A stretch of DNA of 53,620 bases from an uncultured Candidatus Saccharibacteria bacterium (GTDB lineage: Bacteria > Patescibacteriota > Minisyncoccia > UBA6257 > Colwellbacteraceae). Below are positions 27,562-36,028 of this stretch, piece after piece (within the stretch, counting starts at the first letter, position 1; the number at the start of each line of letters is the position of its first letter). The stretch covers positions 1 through 53,620 of the forward strand of contig CAZFGN010000002.1 in NCBI GenBank assembly GCA_964518695.1, in the 5' to 3' direction. Both the position numbers and the translations under genes were made by a program. Below the pieces are notes generated by a model. The model was given only the letters and a program-made list of their open reading frames with translations, did not search any database and was not told the DNA's origin.

Positions 27562-28920
27562 ATGCAGAACGATGAACTTTGGCAATCCGTTTTATCGGAA
27601 ATGGAATTGCAAGTCTCAAGAGCAAATTTTCTCACTTGGCTTAAGAATAGCCGCCTCGTAGAAAACACGGAAGACGCCGTCATGATAGCCTTGCCGAACC
27701 ACTTCGCTAAAGAATGGGTAGAAACAAAATACGACAAGCTGATACTTGGAATAGTAAGAAACTTCATCACGTCTGTTAAAAAAGTTGAATATGTTGTTGA
27801 GGGCGGTTTAATAAAAACCTCAAGCCTCCACAAGCCTCGTGAGATTTCAAATGATAAACAGTTGGTCATAGAAGAATTCAAGGTTGACCCAGAAACTAAT
27901 CTTAATCCGCGTTATACCTTAAATTCTTTTATTGTCGGCCCATCAAATGAGTTGGCTCATTCGGCGGCATCCGCAATCATCCAAAGCGTAGGCATAAAAT
28001 ATAACCCGCTTTTTATTTATGGTGGCGTAGGGTTGGGGAAAACTCATCTTATCCAAGGTATGGGCAATGAAATTAAAAATCTCTATAAGAACAAAATAAA
28101 AGTTAAGTATGTAACTTCTGAAAAATTCACCAACGATGTGGTTTGGGCAATAAGGAATAGGCGCACCGAAGATATTAAAAACACTTATAGGCACGTGGAT
28201 GTTTTAATTATCGACGACATCCAATTCATAGGCGGCAAAGAAAAAACGGAGGAAGAATTTTTCCATACTTTCAATGCCCTTCATGAAAACAATAAACAGA
28301 TTATTATTTCTTCAGACAGGCCCCCCAAAGCAATCCCCATACTAGAGGAAAGGTTAAGATCGAGGTTTGAGGGTGGAATGATAGCGGATATAAGTTATCC
28401 GGAATATGAAACAAGGGTAGCTATTATAAAAACCAAGATTCAGGAAAGGGGCGCCTCAATCGATGATGAATCAATCGATTTTATTGCCAAGAAGCTACAA
28501 AAGAATATTAGAGAAATTGAAGGTATTCTAAATAAGGTTGTTTTTTACCAAACAAATTATCAGAAACCAGTAACTTCAAATCAAGTAGAAAAGATTATTG
28601 CCGAATTTACAGAGAGGTCTAGGGCAAGTGTCAGCCCCAACCAGATAATTAAGGTTGTCGCTGATTTTTTTGAAATTCCCGCGAGCGATTTAACTGGTAA
28701 ATCAAGAAATAAAGAGTTTATTGAACCACGACAAATAACCATGTACTTACTAAGAGATCTATTAGATATGTCATATCCTTTTATTGCCAATAAGATAGGC
28801 AAAAGAGACCACACAACCGTAATTTATGCCTGTAAAAAATTATCAAAAGACATGGAAAAAAATCAATCACTAAATGAAAAGTTGTCAGAAATTAAAGAAC
28901 TAATTAACAAGATGGGGTAA
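27562..28920 (+). CDS. dnaA: chromosomal replication initiator DnaA
   Basis: The N-terminus is LWQSVLSEMELQVSRANFLTWL, with Walker A GGVGLGKTHL and Walker B LIIDDIQF. The domain IV HTH contains RDHTTVIYA. Confidence 0.95.
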   Translation: MQNDELWQSVLSEMELQVSRANFLTWLKNSRLVENTEDAVMIALPNHFAKEWVETKYDKLILGIVRNFITSVKKVEYVVEGGLIKTSSLHKPREISNDKQLVIEEFKVDPETNLNPRYTLNSFIVGPSNELAHSAASAIIQSVGIKYNPLFIYGGVGLGKTHLIQGMGNEIKNLYKNKIKVKYVTSEKFTNDVVWAIRNRRTEDIKNTYRHVDVLIIDDIQFIGGKEKTEEEFFHTFNALHENNKQIIISSDRPPKAIPILEERLRSRFEGGMIADISYPEYETRVAIIKTKIQERGASIDDESIDFIAKKLQKNIREIEGILNKVVFYQTNYQKPVTSNQVEKIIAEFTERSRASVSPNQIIKVVADFFEIPASDLTGKSRNKEFIEPRQITMYLLRDLLDMSYPFIANKIGKRDHTTVIYACKKLSKDMEKNQSLNEKLSEIKELINKMG

Positions 28921-29092
28921 TTATGTTTATAGGCTGTGGAATGACTTTTAATTTCACTTGCTTTACCATTTAATAATCACTATTTATTCATAACTTATTA
29001 ACAACTATAAAAACTAAGCGAATTGAGTAAATAAAGGGCGCTATCAATGTCTCTGTAGGGTTATCCACACACCTAAAACAACAATACATATT
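28921..29092. other. candidate oriC segment (AT-rich dnaA-dnaN spacer with DnaA box)
   Basis: The 172-nt spacer is visibly AT-rich (for example TTTAATAATCACTATTTATTCATAACTTATTAACAACTATAAAAAC) and carries a perfect DnaA box at 29061-29069. Confidence 0.5.
29061..29069. promoter_or_regulatory. perfect DnaA box TTATCCACA
   Basis: This is an exact consensus match, 24 nt upstream of dnaN. Confidence 0.7.
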
Positions 29093-30199
29093 ATGAAATT
29101 AATAGTACTTAGAAGTCATTTAAAGTCTGGTTTGGATGCGATTGGTCGAGCGACGGTTTCTAATTTAAACTTACCAGTTTTGGGGAATGTTTTAATAAAA
29201 GCAACAAACAATCAAATCAAATTATGCGCTACTAATCTGGAAATCGCGATAACGAAAATTGTTTACGGGAAAATATTAGAAGAAGGAAGCGTAACAGTTC
29301 CTTATGGTGTCATTTCGAGTATTATAAATAACACCACGAGCGAGAGAATTAATTTAGAAAGTAAGCAAAACAACCTGATTCTCACAACTGACAACTACGA
29401 AGCGAAAATATCTGGAATCGCGGAGAGTGAATTTCCTATAGTCCCTAAAATTAAAGAGGAAAAAGAACACTTAGAAATTGTCTTAAGCACTTTAAAAGAG
29501 AGGCTTGAAAAAGTGATTCTCGCGGCCGGTATATCAGATTTGAGGCCGGAGATAAGTGGCGCGTTTTTTATCCTTGAGTCTTCAGAGATAAAATTAGTCG
29601 CCACTGATACTTTTAGGCTTGCCGAAGGGAAAATCCTCGGATCTCAAATTAAAAACACCTTTCACCACGGCTTAGAAATGATCATACCGCTAAAAACCGC
29701 TCAAGAGTTAACAAGAATTGTCTCAACAGAAGAAATGGTTAGCGTTTATCTTGATAACAACCAAATACTTTTTAAAACACAAGATCTAGAAATTATTTCT
29801 AGGCTTATTGAGGGAAAATTCCCCGACTATAATTCGATCGTTCCAAAAGAATTTGACGTGCAGATATTGGTTAATAAAGACGACCTTATAAACGCCCTTA
29901 AGCTCACCGGCTCCCTAAGTAATCGGATAAATGAGGTAAGGCTTAAAATTAAAGACAAAAAAGTACTTGAAGTTTATTCAAGCGATAACGCTTTAGGGGA
30001 GAACAACTATCTTGTTCCCGCAAAGATAAACGGAGCGGATTGTGAAGTAACTTTTAATTGGAAATATTTACTGGATGGCGTTAAAGCTATTGCCGGAGAG
30101 CAAGTGTTTGTTGGTCTAAACGGCGAGAATAAACCAGCCATCATAAATACCCCGGGGGACTTATTATACTTTTATGTGCTAATGCCTATTAAACCGTAG
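29093..30199 (+). CDS. dnaN: DNA polymerase III beta sliding clamp
   Basis: The 368-aa protein has a three-domain clamp pattern (LEIAITK..., ATDTFRLA, FPDYNSIVP, MPIKP C-terminus) and lies directly after dnaA. Confidence 0.9.
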   Translation: MKLIVLRSHLKSGLDAIGRATVSNLNLPVLGNVLIKATNNQIKLCATNLEIAITKIVYGKILEEGSVTVPYGVISSIINNTTSERINLESKQNNLILTTDNYEAKISGIAESEFPIVPKIKEEKEHLEIVLSTLKERLEKVILAAGISDLRPEISGAFFILESSEIKLVATDTFRLAEGKILGSQIKNTFHHGLEMIIPLKTAQELTRIVSTEEMVSVYLDNNQILFKTQDLEIISRLIEGKFPDYNSIVPKEFDVQILVNKDDLINALKLTGSLSNRINEVRLKIKDKKVLEVYSSDNALGENNYLVPAKINGADCEVTFNWKYLLDGVKAIAGEQVFVGLNGENKPAIINTPGDLLYFYVLMPIKP

Positions 30200-30209
30200 G
30201 CCCATACTA

Positions 30210-32630
30210 CTACTTCTTGAATAGTATTATGCTTTTACTAGCCTTAGAGCCGCTTTCGTTAGTGATTCTTATAACCATAATGTTTTGAGTGTCCAATTTT
30301 GGCTTAAGAGTTGACTTGTAATCATAAGACGTGCCTAAATCATTTATGACATTTTCAATAAGTTGGTCATTGAGGTAAATTTCTAATTTAGTAATCTTGC
30401 TTGGAGAAGATGCGCGAACCTCTACGCCCACTTCTTCGCTCACAAAATCACCGTTTTTCGGACTCGCGACGCTTAGTGTGATGTCCCCAGCACTTACGTT
30501 TGGTGAGGACAAAAAGTCAAAAGATCGCCCCGAAACGGCGGTTTTGAATTTATTTAAGTCTACCTTATTGGCTAATAGCCAATTTTTTACGCCCTCTTCC
30601 CAGTTGTTAAATTGAGGATCGTTGATTCTCCCTAGATAATAAAGAATGTTATGATACTCGCCTTCCACAAACTCTCCTCTTATAATCGGGTTCTCGCTTA
30701 GTATTGGTTCTGGTTTTGGGAACGTGTTTAATGTCCTACTCGCTAAAGCTTTCGATATAAAATCGTGCCACATAGGAACGGCCGCTAGAATGCTACCACC
30801 TTTGCTCGTTAATGGTGCGCGGTTGTTGTTTCCAACCCACACGCCAACAACCAAATTAGGTGTAAACCCTAACGTCCAAGCGTCCCTATACTCATTGGTT
30901 GTTCCGGTCTTTAGCGCAACTTGATGTCCCGGTACTTGAGTTAATTTCAAACTCGCAGAATATAACGGGGCCCTAAGATCAACATCAGACAAAACATCAT
31001 TGATTAATCTCGCAAGATTCTCTTCGATAACCCGACTGTTCGTGTCGCTATACTCTTCCAGGGTATTACCTTTGCCATCCTCAACCCTAAGAACGACCGC
31101 TTGGGGGTGGTGAATTCCATCGTTAGCCAAAGAAGAATATGCGCCCACCAATTCAGTTAATTTTACTTCTCCACCGCCCAGCACCAAAGATAAACCAAAT
31201 CTACTTTTATCGCTTAGGGTTGTTACGCCAAGCAACTCTAGATTTTTAATAACATTATCAAGTCCAGCGAGATACAAGGTTTTCACCGCCGGTACATTAA
31301 CTGATTGGGCGAGAGCCTCCTTCATTGCCATAGGACCCCTAAAAATACCATCAAAATTTTCAGGATGGTAACAAGTCTTATTGTTATTTCTTAGATCGAC
31401 TATGGGCGGACAATCGCTATTACCTGTTGTAAATTCGGTAGGAACATCCCACAGTATCGTCTCTGGCGTAAATCCTTTTGTGAGGGCCGTTAGATAAACG
31501 AAGGGCTTTAGGGCCGAACCCGGCTGCCTTAATCCTTGCGCGGCCACATTAAAATTACCCTCGAACTTACAATTTTCCCCCGTGGAACACCCCTTAGGGA
31601 CGGGTGGATCAAAATAGTTTTTAGAACCAACCATAGCTAGTATTTGGCCAGTCGTCGGATCTTCTGCTACCAAAGCACCATTTTCCCCGCCGTAAAGATC
31701 ACTATTTCTCTTAACGCCCACCCCCACCGCTTCTTCGGCCAACTTTTGAAGTTCCCAATCTAGAGTAGTGATTATTTTAAGTCCTCCAGCTTCAAGCAAA
31801 TCCTCGCCGTACCTCTCCCTTAGATAATCCTGAACGTAAAAGACAAAGTGCGGCGCTTTAATACTAGAGGTAGGCCGGGCGACTACTTTAGGTAAATTGA
31901 CTTCTGCATACGCTAATTGCTGTTCGTCAATAAACCCGAGCTCCCTCATTCTTTTTAAGACGAATTTCCTTCTTTCCTCGAGCTCATCAGTATGGCTACC
32001 CCATGGTGAATAGTAACTCGGGGCATTAGGGAGTGTAGCGAGAAGCGCGGCCTCGCCTAAATTCAGATCTTGGGCTCTCTTCTCGAAATAAGCTTGGGAG
32101 GCCGCTTCTATACCGTAAGCATTTGCCCCGTAGGGCACTTGATTGAGATAGAGGTTTAATATTTCGTCCTTTGTATAATATTGTTCGAGTCTCCAGGCCA
32201 AAGCCAGCTCTTTCGCTTTTCTCACGATTGTTCTTTCGGAAGTGAGGAAAGCGGTTTTGGCCAACTGCTGGGTTATAGTTGATCCGCCTTGAACCACTCG
32301 ACCTTTCAATAAATCAACAGTTAGGGCTCGCAGTATTCCACGCCAGTCAAAGGCTGGATGGCTGTAGAAAGCATTATCCTCAATACCGACGGTGGCATAT
32401 TTAACGAAATCGGGGATCTGCTCGAATGGAATTACTGTTCTTTTTTCCTCTCCGTGGATTTCATGGAGAAGGACTTGGCCCGTGCGGTCGTAAATCTTTG
32501 TGGATTCAACTACTTTCCTCTGGGTTATCTCTTCGGCGTTAGGTAGGTTATAGGTAACATAAAAAAAGCCCCCCGTGCTTATTGCAACTATAATTGTTAT
32601 TACTAATAAGATTTTTCTGATAAATCTCAT
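30210..32630 (-). CDS. bifunctional class A penicillin-binding protein (PBP1A-type)
   Basis: The glycosyltransferase motifs are EDNAFYSH, GGSTITQQ and RKAKELALA. The transpeptidase motifs are SALKP (SxxK), SVN (SxN) and KTGT. There is an N-terminal TM anchor. Confidence 0.9.
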   Translation of the reverse strand: MRFIRKILLVITIIVAISTGGFFYVTYNLPNAEEITQRKVVESTKIYDRTGQVLLHEIHGEEKRTVIPFEQIPDFVKYATVGIEDNAFYSHPAFDWRGILRALTVDLLKGRVVQGGSTITQQLAKTAFLTSERTIVRKAKELALAWRLEQYYTKDEILNLYLNQVPYGANAYGIEAASQAYFEKRAQDLNLGEAALLATLPNAPSYYSPWGSHTDELEERRKFVLKRMRELGFIDEQQLAYAEVNLPKVVARPTSSIKAPHFVFYVQDYLRERYGEDLLEAGGLKIITTLDWELQKLAEEAVGVGVKRNSDLYGGENGALVAEDPTTGQILAMVGSKNYFDPPVPKGCSTGENCKFEGNFNVAAQGLRQPGSALKPFVYLTALTKGFTPETILWDVPTEFTTGNSDCPPIVDLRNNNKTCYHPENFDGIFRGPMAMKEALAQSVNVPAVKTLYLAGLDNVIKNLELLGVTTLSDKSRFGLSLVLGGGEVKLTELVGAYSSLANDGIHHPQAVVLRVEDGKGNTLEEYSDTNSRVIEENLARLINDVLSDVDLRAPLYSASLKLTQVPGHQVALKTGTTNEYRDAWTLGFTPNLVVGVWVGNNNRAPLTSKGGSILAAVPMWHDFISKALASRTLNTFPKPEPILSENPIIRGEFVEGEYHNILYYLGRINDPQFNNWEEGVKNWLLANKVDLNKFKTAVSGRSFDFLSSPNVSAGDITLSVASPKNGDFVSEEVGVEVRASSPSKITKLEIYLNDQLIENVINDLGTSYDYKSTLKPKLDTQNIMVIRITNESGSKASKSIILFKK

Positions 32631-32686
32631 ATTGTAGAAACGATTTTACTATACCCCATTCGCTCTTTGCCCGAAAGTAAACAAAC

Positions 32687-32716
32687 CCCCCTTAATCAGG
32701 CAAGATATAAAGGGGG
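32687..32716 (-). terminator. hairpin (CCCCCTT/AAGGGGG) followed on the minus strand by TTTGTTTAC
   Basis: I read the stem by eye. It lies about 20 nt downstream of the stop of the small acidic ORF. Confidence 0.4.
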
Positions 32717-32737
32717 CTTAAGTTAATTATTTAGGGC

Positions 32738-32911
32738 CTATATAATCTCTTCACCATCCTCGTCCTCTTCACTCTTCGTATCGTTAGACTCCTCCTCATC
32801 ATTGTCGTCGTCTTCCGCATCGCCTAACTGATCGCCTCTCTCTTCAATCTCTTCGTCAGGTTCTTCACCCTCGAGAGCAAGACGAGGAACAAACTCCTTT
32901 TCTATAACCAT
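32738..32911 (-). CDS. 57-aa highly acidic small protein (hypothetical; below ORF-track cutoff)
   Basis: My own translation is MVIEKEFVPRLALEGEEPDEEIEERGDQLGDAEDDDNDEEESNDTKSEEDEDGEEII*, with 28 of 57 residues D or E. A terminator-like hairpin follows. Confidence 0.35.
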   Translation of the reverse strand: MVIEKEFVPRLALEGEEPDEEIEERGDQLGDAEDDDNDEEESNDTKSEEDEDGEEII

Positions 32912-33020
32912 ATTTATTTTTTTATTTTAACCGACCTTTACTTATTCAACTTTATTCCCAGACAATACGTTCTAATAGGCGCTACTGGGCGAAAGTATAT
33001 ACAAAGATTTTTATGTGTCA

Positions 33021-33103
33021 ACCCCGCACCTTTATAAATGCGAACACCGACTTTGATCTATGAGAAGCGTTGTGGAAAACAGTGTCCTATAAAGGTGCGG
33101 GGT
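33021..33103. repeat. 16-bp perfect inverted repeat ACCCCGCACCTTTATA / TATAAAGGTGCGGGGT with 51-nt spacer
   Basis: The arms lie at 33021-33036 and 33088-33103. The right arm encodes the last codons and the stop of ruvC. Confidence 0.8.
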
Positions 33104-33599
33104 CAACCCCTCTCTCAAAAGCGGCTCTTATGGCTACGGCTAAAGCATCTGAAGCGTCGTCGTGACCCGCGATTTTATTGATACCTAGGGTGAAACAAAC
33201 GTATTTGGATACGGTTTTTTTATCGCTATTCCCCATCCCAGTGACAACCAGCTTGATATCATTAGGGTTAAACTCCAGAACCTTAAGTGCCTTCTTATTC
33301 AAGATGAAAAGTATAATACCCCTGTATTCCGCCACCGACATCGCCGTTTTTTTGTTCTTGGAAAAATAGATTTTTTCAACGGCAGCCAAAGAAGGTTTAT
33401 ATTTTTTAATCACTAAGTTAAGAGATTTCTCTAAAGTCCTAAAATGGTCATCGTTTTTCCCCGGTTCTATAACCCCGTAATCTAATAATTTTATGACACC
33501 GCCTGATTTTTTGATTACCCCATAACCAACCCTCGTTGTTCCGGGATCAATTCCTAAAATGACAGTTTCAGATATTGGTCGTAACCTTTTGTACGTCAT
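33087..33599 (-). CDS. ruvC: crossover junction endodeoxyribonuclease RuvC
   Basis: ILGIDPGTTRVGYGVI is present, with catalytic acidic residues in the E...D...DASDALA pattern. Confidence 0.85.
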   Translation of the reverse strand: MTYKRLRPISETVILGIDPGTTRVGYGVIKKSGGVIKLLDYGVIEPGKNDDHFRTLEKSLNLVIKKYKPSLAAVEKIYFSKNKKTAMSVAEYRGIILFILNKKALKVLEFNPNDIKLVVTGMGNSDKKTVSKYVCFTLGINKIAGHDDASDALAVAIRAAFERGVDPAPL

Positions 33600-34095
33600 C
33601 GTGATTTTCTAAAACCTCAACCAATTCTTGTAACCTATATTTGTCTTTATCGTTTAAAGACTGCCTAAACTTTGGCTGCCAGTCTGTTCCGTAAGACGTT
33701 GGGACATTAAATACCCACCTCACACCGCCTGGTTCGGCAAACTTAGCCCCAGAAACGCTTAAGATATTTCTAACTTCTCTTACCGTTCTGTTCCTATTAT
33801 CTGTTATCGCCTCTATTATCAGGGCCGACCCGGCCGGACCATAAGCCTCGATTATAACTTCTTCTAGATTTTTATTGTCACTCTGTTTCAATGCCCTTTC
33901 TATATTCTCTTGTGGGACATGCGCTTCTTTAGCCTTTTCTATAGTTGTCCTCAAACGAGGATTAAATTCAGGATTAATATCCTCTTTGGCGGCCACTCTT
34001 ATTGCTCGTAAGAGTTTTGCGAAAAGTTGAGACCGCTTTTTATCCGTGGCTTCTTTCTTATGCTTTATTTGTTTCCACTTACTGTGTCCAGACAT
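33568..34095 (-). CDS. yebC: YebC/PmpR-family transcriptional regulator (compact 175-aa form)
   Basis: MSGHSKWKQIKHKKEATDKKRSQLFAKL...NPRLRTTIEKAK...DNRNRTVREVR...DDVQKV are present. Confidence 0.85.
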   Translation of the reverse strand: MSGHSKWKQIKHKKEATDKKRSQLFAKLLRAIRVAAKEDINPEFNPRLRTTIEKAKEAHVPQENIERALKQSDNKNLEEVIIEAYGPAGSALIIEAITDNRNRTVREVRNILSVSGAKFAEPGGVRWVFNVPTSYGTDWQPKFRQSLNDKDKYRLQELVEVLENHDDVQKVTTNI

Positions 34096-34163
34096 GGTGT
34101 AAGTATATAGTATTTAAGTATGTAGTATGGAGCAGACGGGATGTAGTATGATTATAGTAAATA

Positions 34164-35837
34164 ATGGATTTGTCTCAAGGGAAAAATATCGGTGAAGAAC
34201 TGAAACGGCTAAGGCGGGAAGCTGAAGAAAGAGATGCTCGAAGACGAGCAGAGAAAACAGGGCTACCCTACGTTGATCTTGGTTCCACCTCGGTGAACCT
34301 CGATGTTTTGAAGATCATTGGGGAGGACGAAGCCAAAGAGGCCGAGGCGGCTACCATAAGTTCTAAGGGCAAGGAGTTAGCTTTAGCCGTTCACGACGCT
34401 GACAAACCAGAGACAAAAAAACTTATAAACAAGTTAAAAGAAAAAGGCTTTGCGATAAATATTTTTACCTCTTCGTTAAGGGGTCTTACGAGGGTATGGG
34501 AGCGCTACCGTGAAATAAAATTAGCCCCAGAAAAAGGGGCGCTTACGGGGGTAGAACTAGAAGACATTAAAACCTTTGAAGGACTGAAATTTGATGACCT
34601 CACCGTAAAGATTAAGGAGCTCGAAAACAAAAAACTAGTCTCCACGACCGAGATGTTGGATTTAGTCTTGGGATCGGCAATAACTCTTCATGTTTCTGAT
34701 ATTCATTTTGAAACAGAGAAAAGCGCGGTTCTCTTGAGATTCAGGATGGATGGATTGCTCTATGATGTTTACAGATTAGAAACCAAGAGCTACCCACCTA
34801 TTCTTAACCGATTGAAACTAATCTCCGGGTTGAAAATTAACATTACCAATATTCCACAAGACGGTAGATTTACCATAAAGTTCGGCCACGACTACGTAGA
34901 AATGAGAAGCTCGATAATACCAGCAGAGCATGGAGAAACGGTCGTTATGAGAGTTTTGGATCCACATACGATTGCGCTTACCCTAACGGACTTAGGTTTG
35001 CGGCCGAACGACGAAGAAATTGTAAACACGGAACTTAAAAAACCCAACGGAACAATTTTGGTTACGGGGCCTACTGGTAGCGGCAAAACGACGACGCTAT
35101 ACACCTTTTTAAAAACAGTGCGCAGTTCGGAGTTGAAAGTTATAACAATTGAAGACCCGATAGAATACCATTTAGACGGCTTAGAACAAACCCAAGTCAA
35201 TCCTAAAAGCGGCTACACATTTGCCTCTGGGTTGAGATCCATCTTAAGGCAAGACCCAGATATATTACTTATCGGCGAAATTAGAGACTTAGAAACGGCC
35301 CAAATAGGTATGCAGGCGGCCTTAACCGGGCACTTAGTCTTTTCGAGTTTACACACCAACGATGCCGCTGGTGCCATACCAAGGTTAATTGATTTAGGAG
35401 TAAAACCCTCGATTATAGGACCGGCCCTTAACCTTATAATCGCCCAAAGATTAGTGAGAAAACTCTGCGAAAATTGTAAAACAGAGGTTGGGATTGCCCC
35501 AGAAATAAAAAAGAAAATAGAAATTTTCCTAAGCGAATTACCCCCCGAAGTGAGTAAGCCCTACATCGGAAAAGAAATTAGAGCTCATGAAGCTAAAGGT
35601 TGTGATAAATGCCATAACGGTTTCAAAGGACGAGTAGGCGTCTTTGAACTCCTTAGGTGTGGAGACGACTTGGAGTCTCTTATCGGGAAAGTTGCCACAG
35701 AAGAGGCAATAAAGAAACTAGCCAGAAAACAGGGCATGGTCGAAATACAGGCTGACGGAGTCTTAAAAGTGCTGGATAGTACAACAACCTTTAAAGAAGT
35801 AGAGAGAACAACCGGGCCAATAAATTGGTTATACTAA
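34164..35837 (+). CDS. GspE/PilB-family type II/IV secretion (type IV pilus assembly) ATPase
   Basis: There is a T2SSE N-terminal domain, Walker A GPTGSGKTTT, an Asp box and Walker B (ILLIGEIRD), a His box (SSLHTND) and the tetracysteine CENC...CDKC. Confidence 0.85.
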   Translation: MDLSQGKNIGEELKRLRREAEERDARRRAEKTGLPYVDLGSTSVNLDVLKIIGEDEAKEAEAATISSKGKELALAVHDADKPETKKLINKLKEKGFAINIFTSSLRGLTRVWERYREIKLAPEKGALTGVELEDIKTFEGLKFDDLTVKIKELENKKLVSTTEMLDLVLGSAITLHVSDIHFETEKSAVLLRFRMDGLLYDVYRLETKSYPPILNRLKLISGLKINITNIPQDGRFTIKFGHDYVEMRSSIIPAEHGETVVMRVLDPHTIALTLTDLGLRPNDEEIVNTELKKPNGTILVTGPTGSGKTTTLYTFLKTVRSSELKVITIEDPIEYHLDGLEQTQVNPKSGYTFASGLRSILRQDPDILLIGEIRDLETAQIGMQAALTGHLVFSSLHTNDAAGAIPRLIDLGVKPSIIGPALNLIIAQRLVRKLCENCKTEVGIAPEIKKKIEIFLSELPPEVSKPYIGKEIRAHEAKGCDKCHNGFKGRVGVFELLRCGDDLESLIGKVATEEAIKKLARKQGMVEIQADGVLKVLDSTTTFKEVERTTGPINWLY

Positions 35838-35845
35838 AAAGCATG

Positions 35846-35978
35846 GGTCTGCGGGCAATTCCTTGGAGGGAAGCACACTCTTTTAAATTAAATATAAAAG
35901 AGTTTAGAATCTATTAAGGGGAATAATCCAGGGTAAACCAAATTGTCCTACGCCTAATAGTTTCGCTGCCCGCAGGCC
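35846..35978 (+). other. 133-nt element closed by a 12-bp stem (candidate structured small RNA or MITE-like inverted-repeat element)
   Basis: GGTCTGCGGGCA (35846-35857) pairs with TGCCCGCAGGCC (35967-35978), giving 11 Watson-Crick pairs and 1 G-U. An internal 9-bp hairpin is ACTCTTTTA/TAAAAGAGT (35877-35903) and a possible 6-bp helix is CTATTA/TAATAG (35911-16/35955-60). A weak hairpin plus T-run follows at 35981-36003. Confidence 0.3.
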
Positions 35979-36028
35979 TACACTTTCAAGTGTTGTTTAT
36001 TGTAACATAAACCATATAGTTTGTCAAT

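Noticed and set aside
28931-28943. GCTGTGGAATGAC as an additional DnaA box in the dnaA-dnaN spacer.
   Set aside because: Its reverse complement CATTCCACA differs from TTATCCACA at three positions, which is too weak to call without a lineage-specific consensus.
35858-35876. A GGAGGGAAGCAC segment resembling the SRP RNA domain IV motif (GGAAGCAGC after a tetraloop).
   Set aside because: The motif lies near the 5' end of the element rather than at the apex of a long hairpin. The preceding loop is not GNRA and the conserved 5'-side AGG/CAGG partner is missing.
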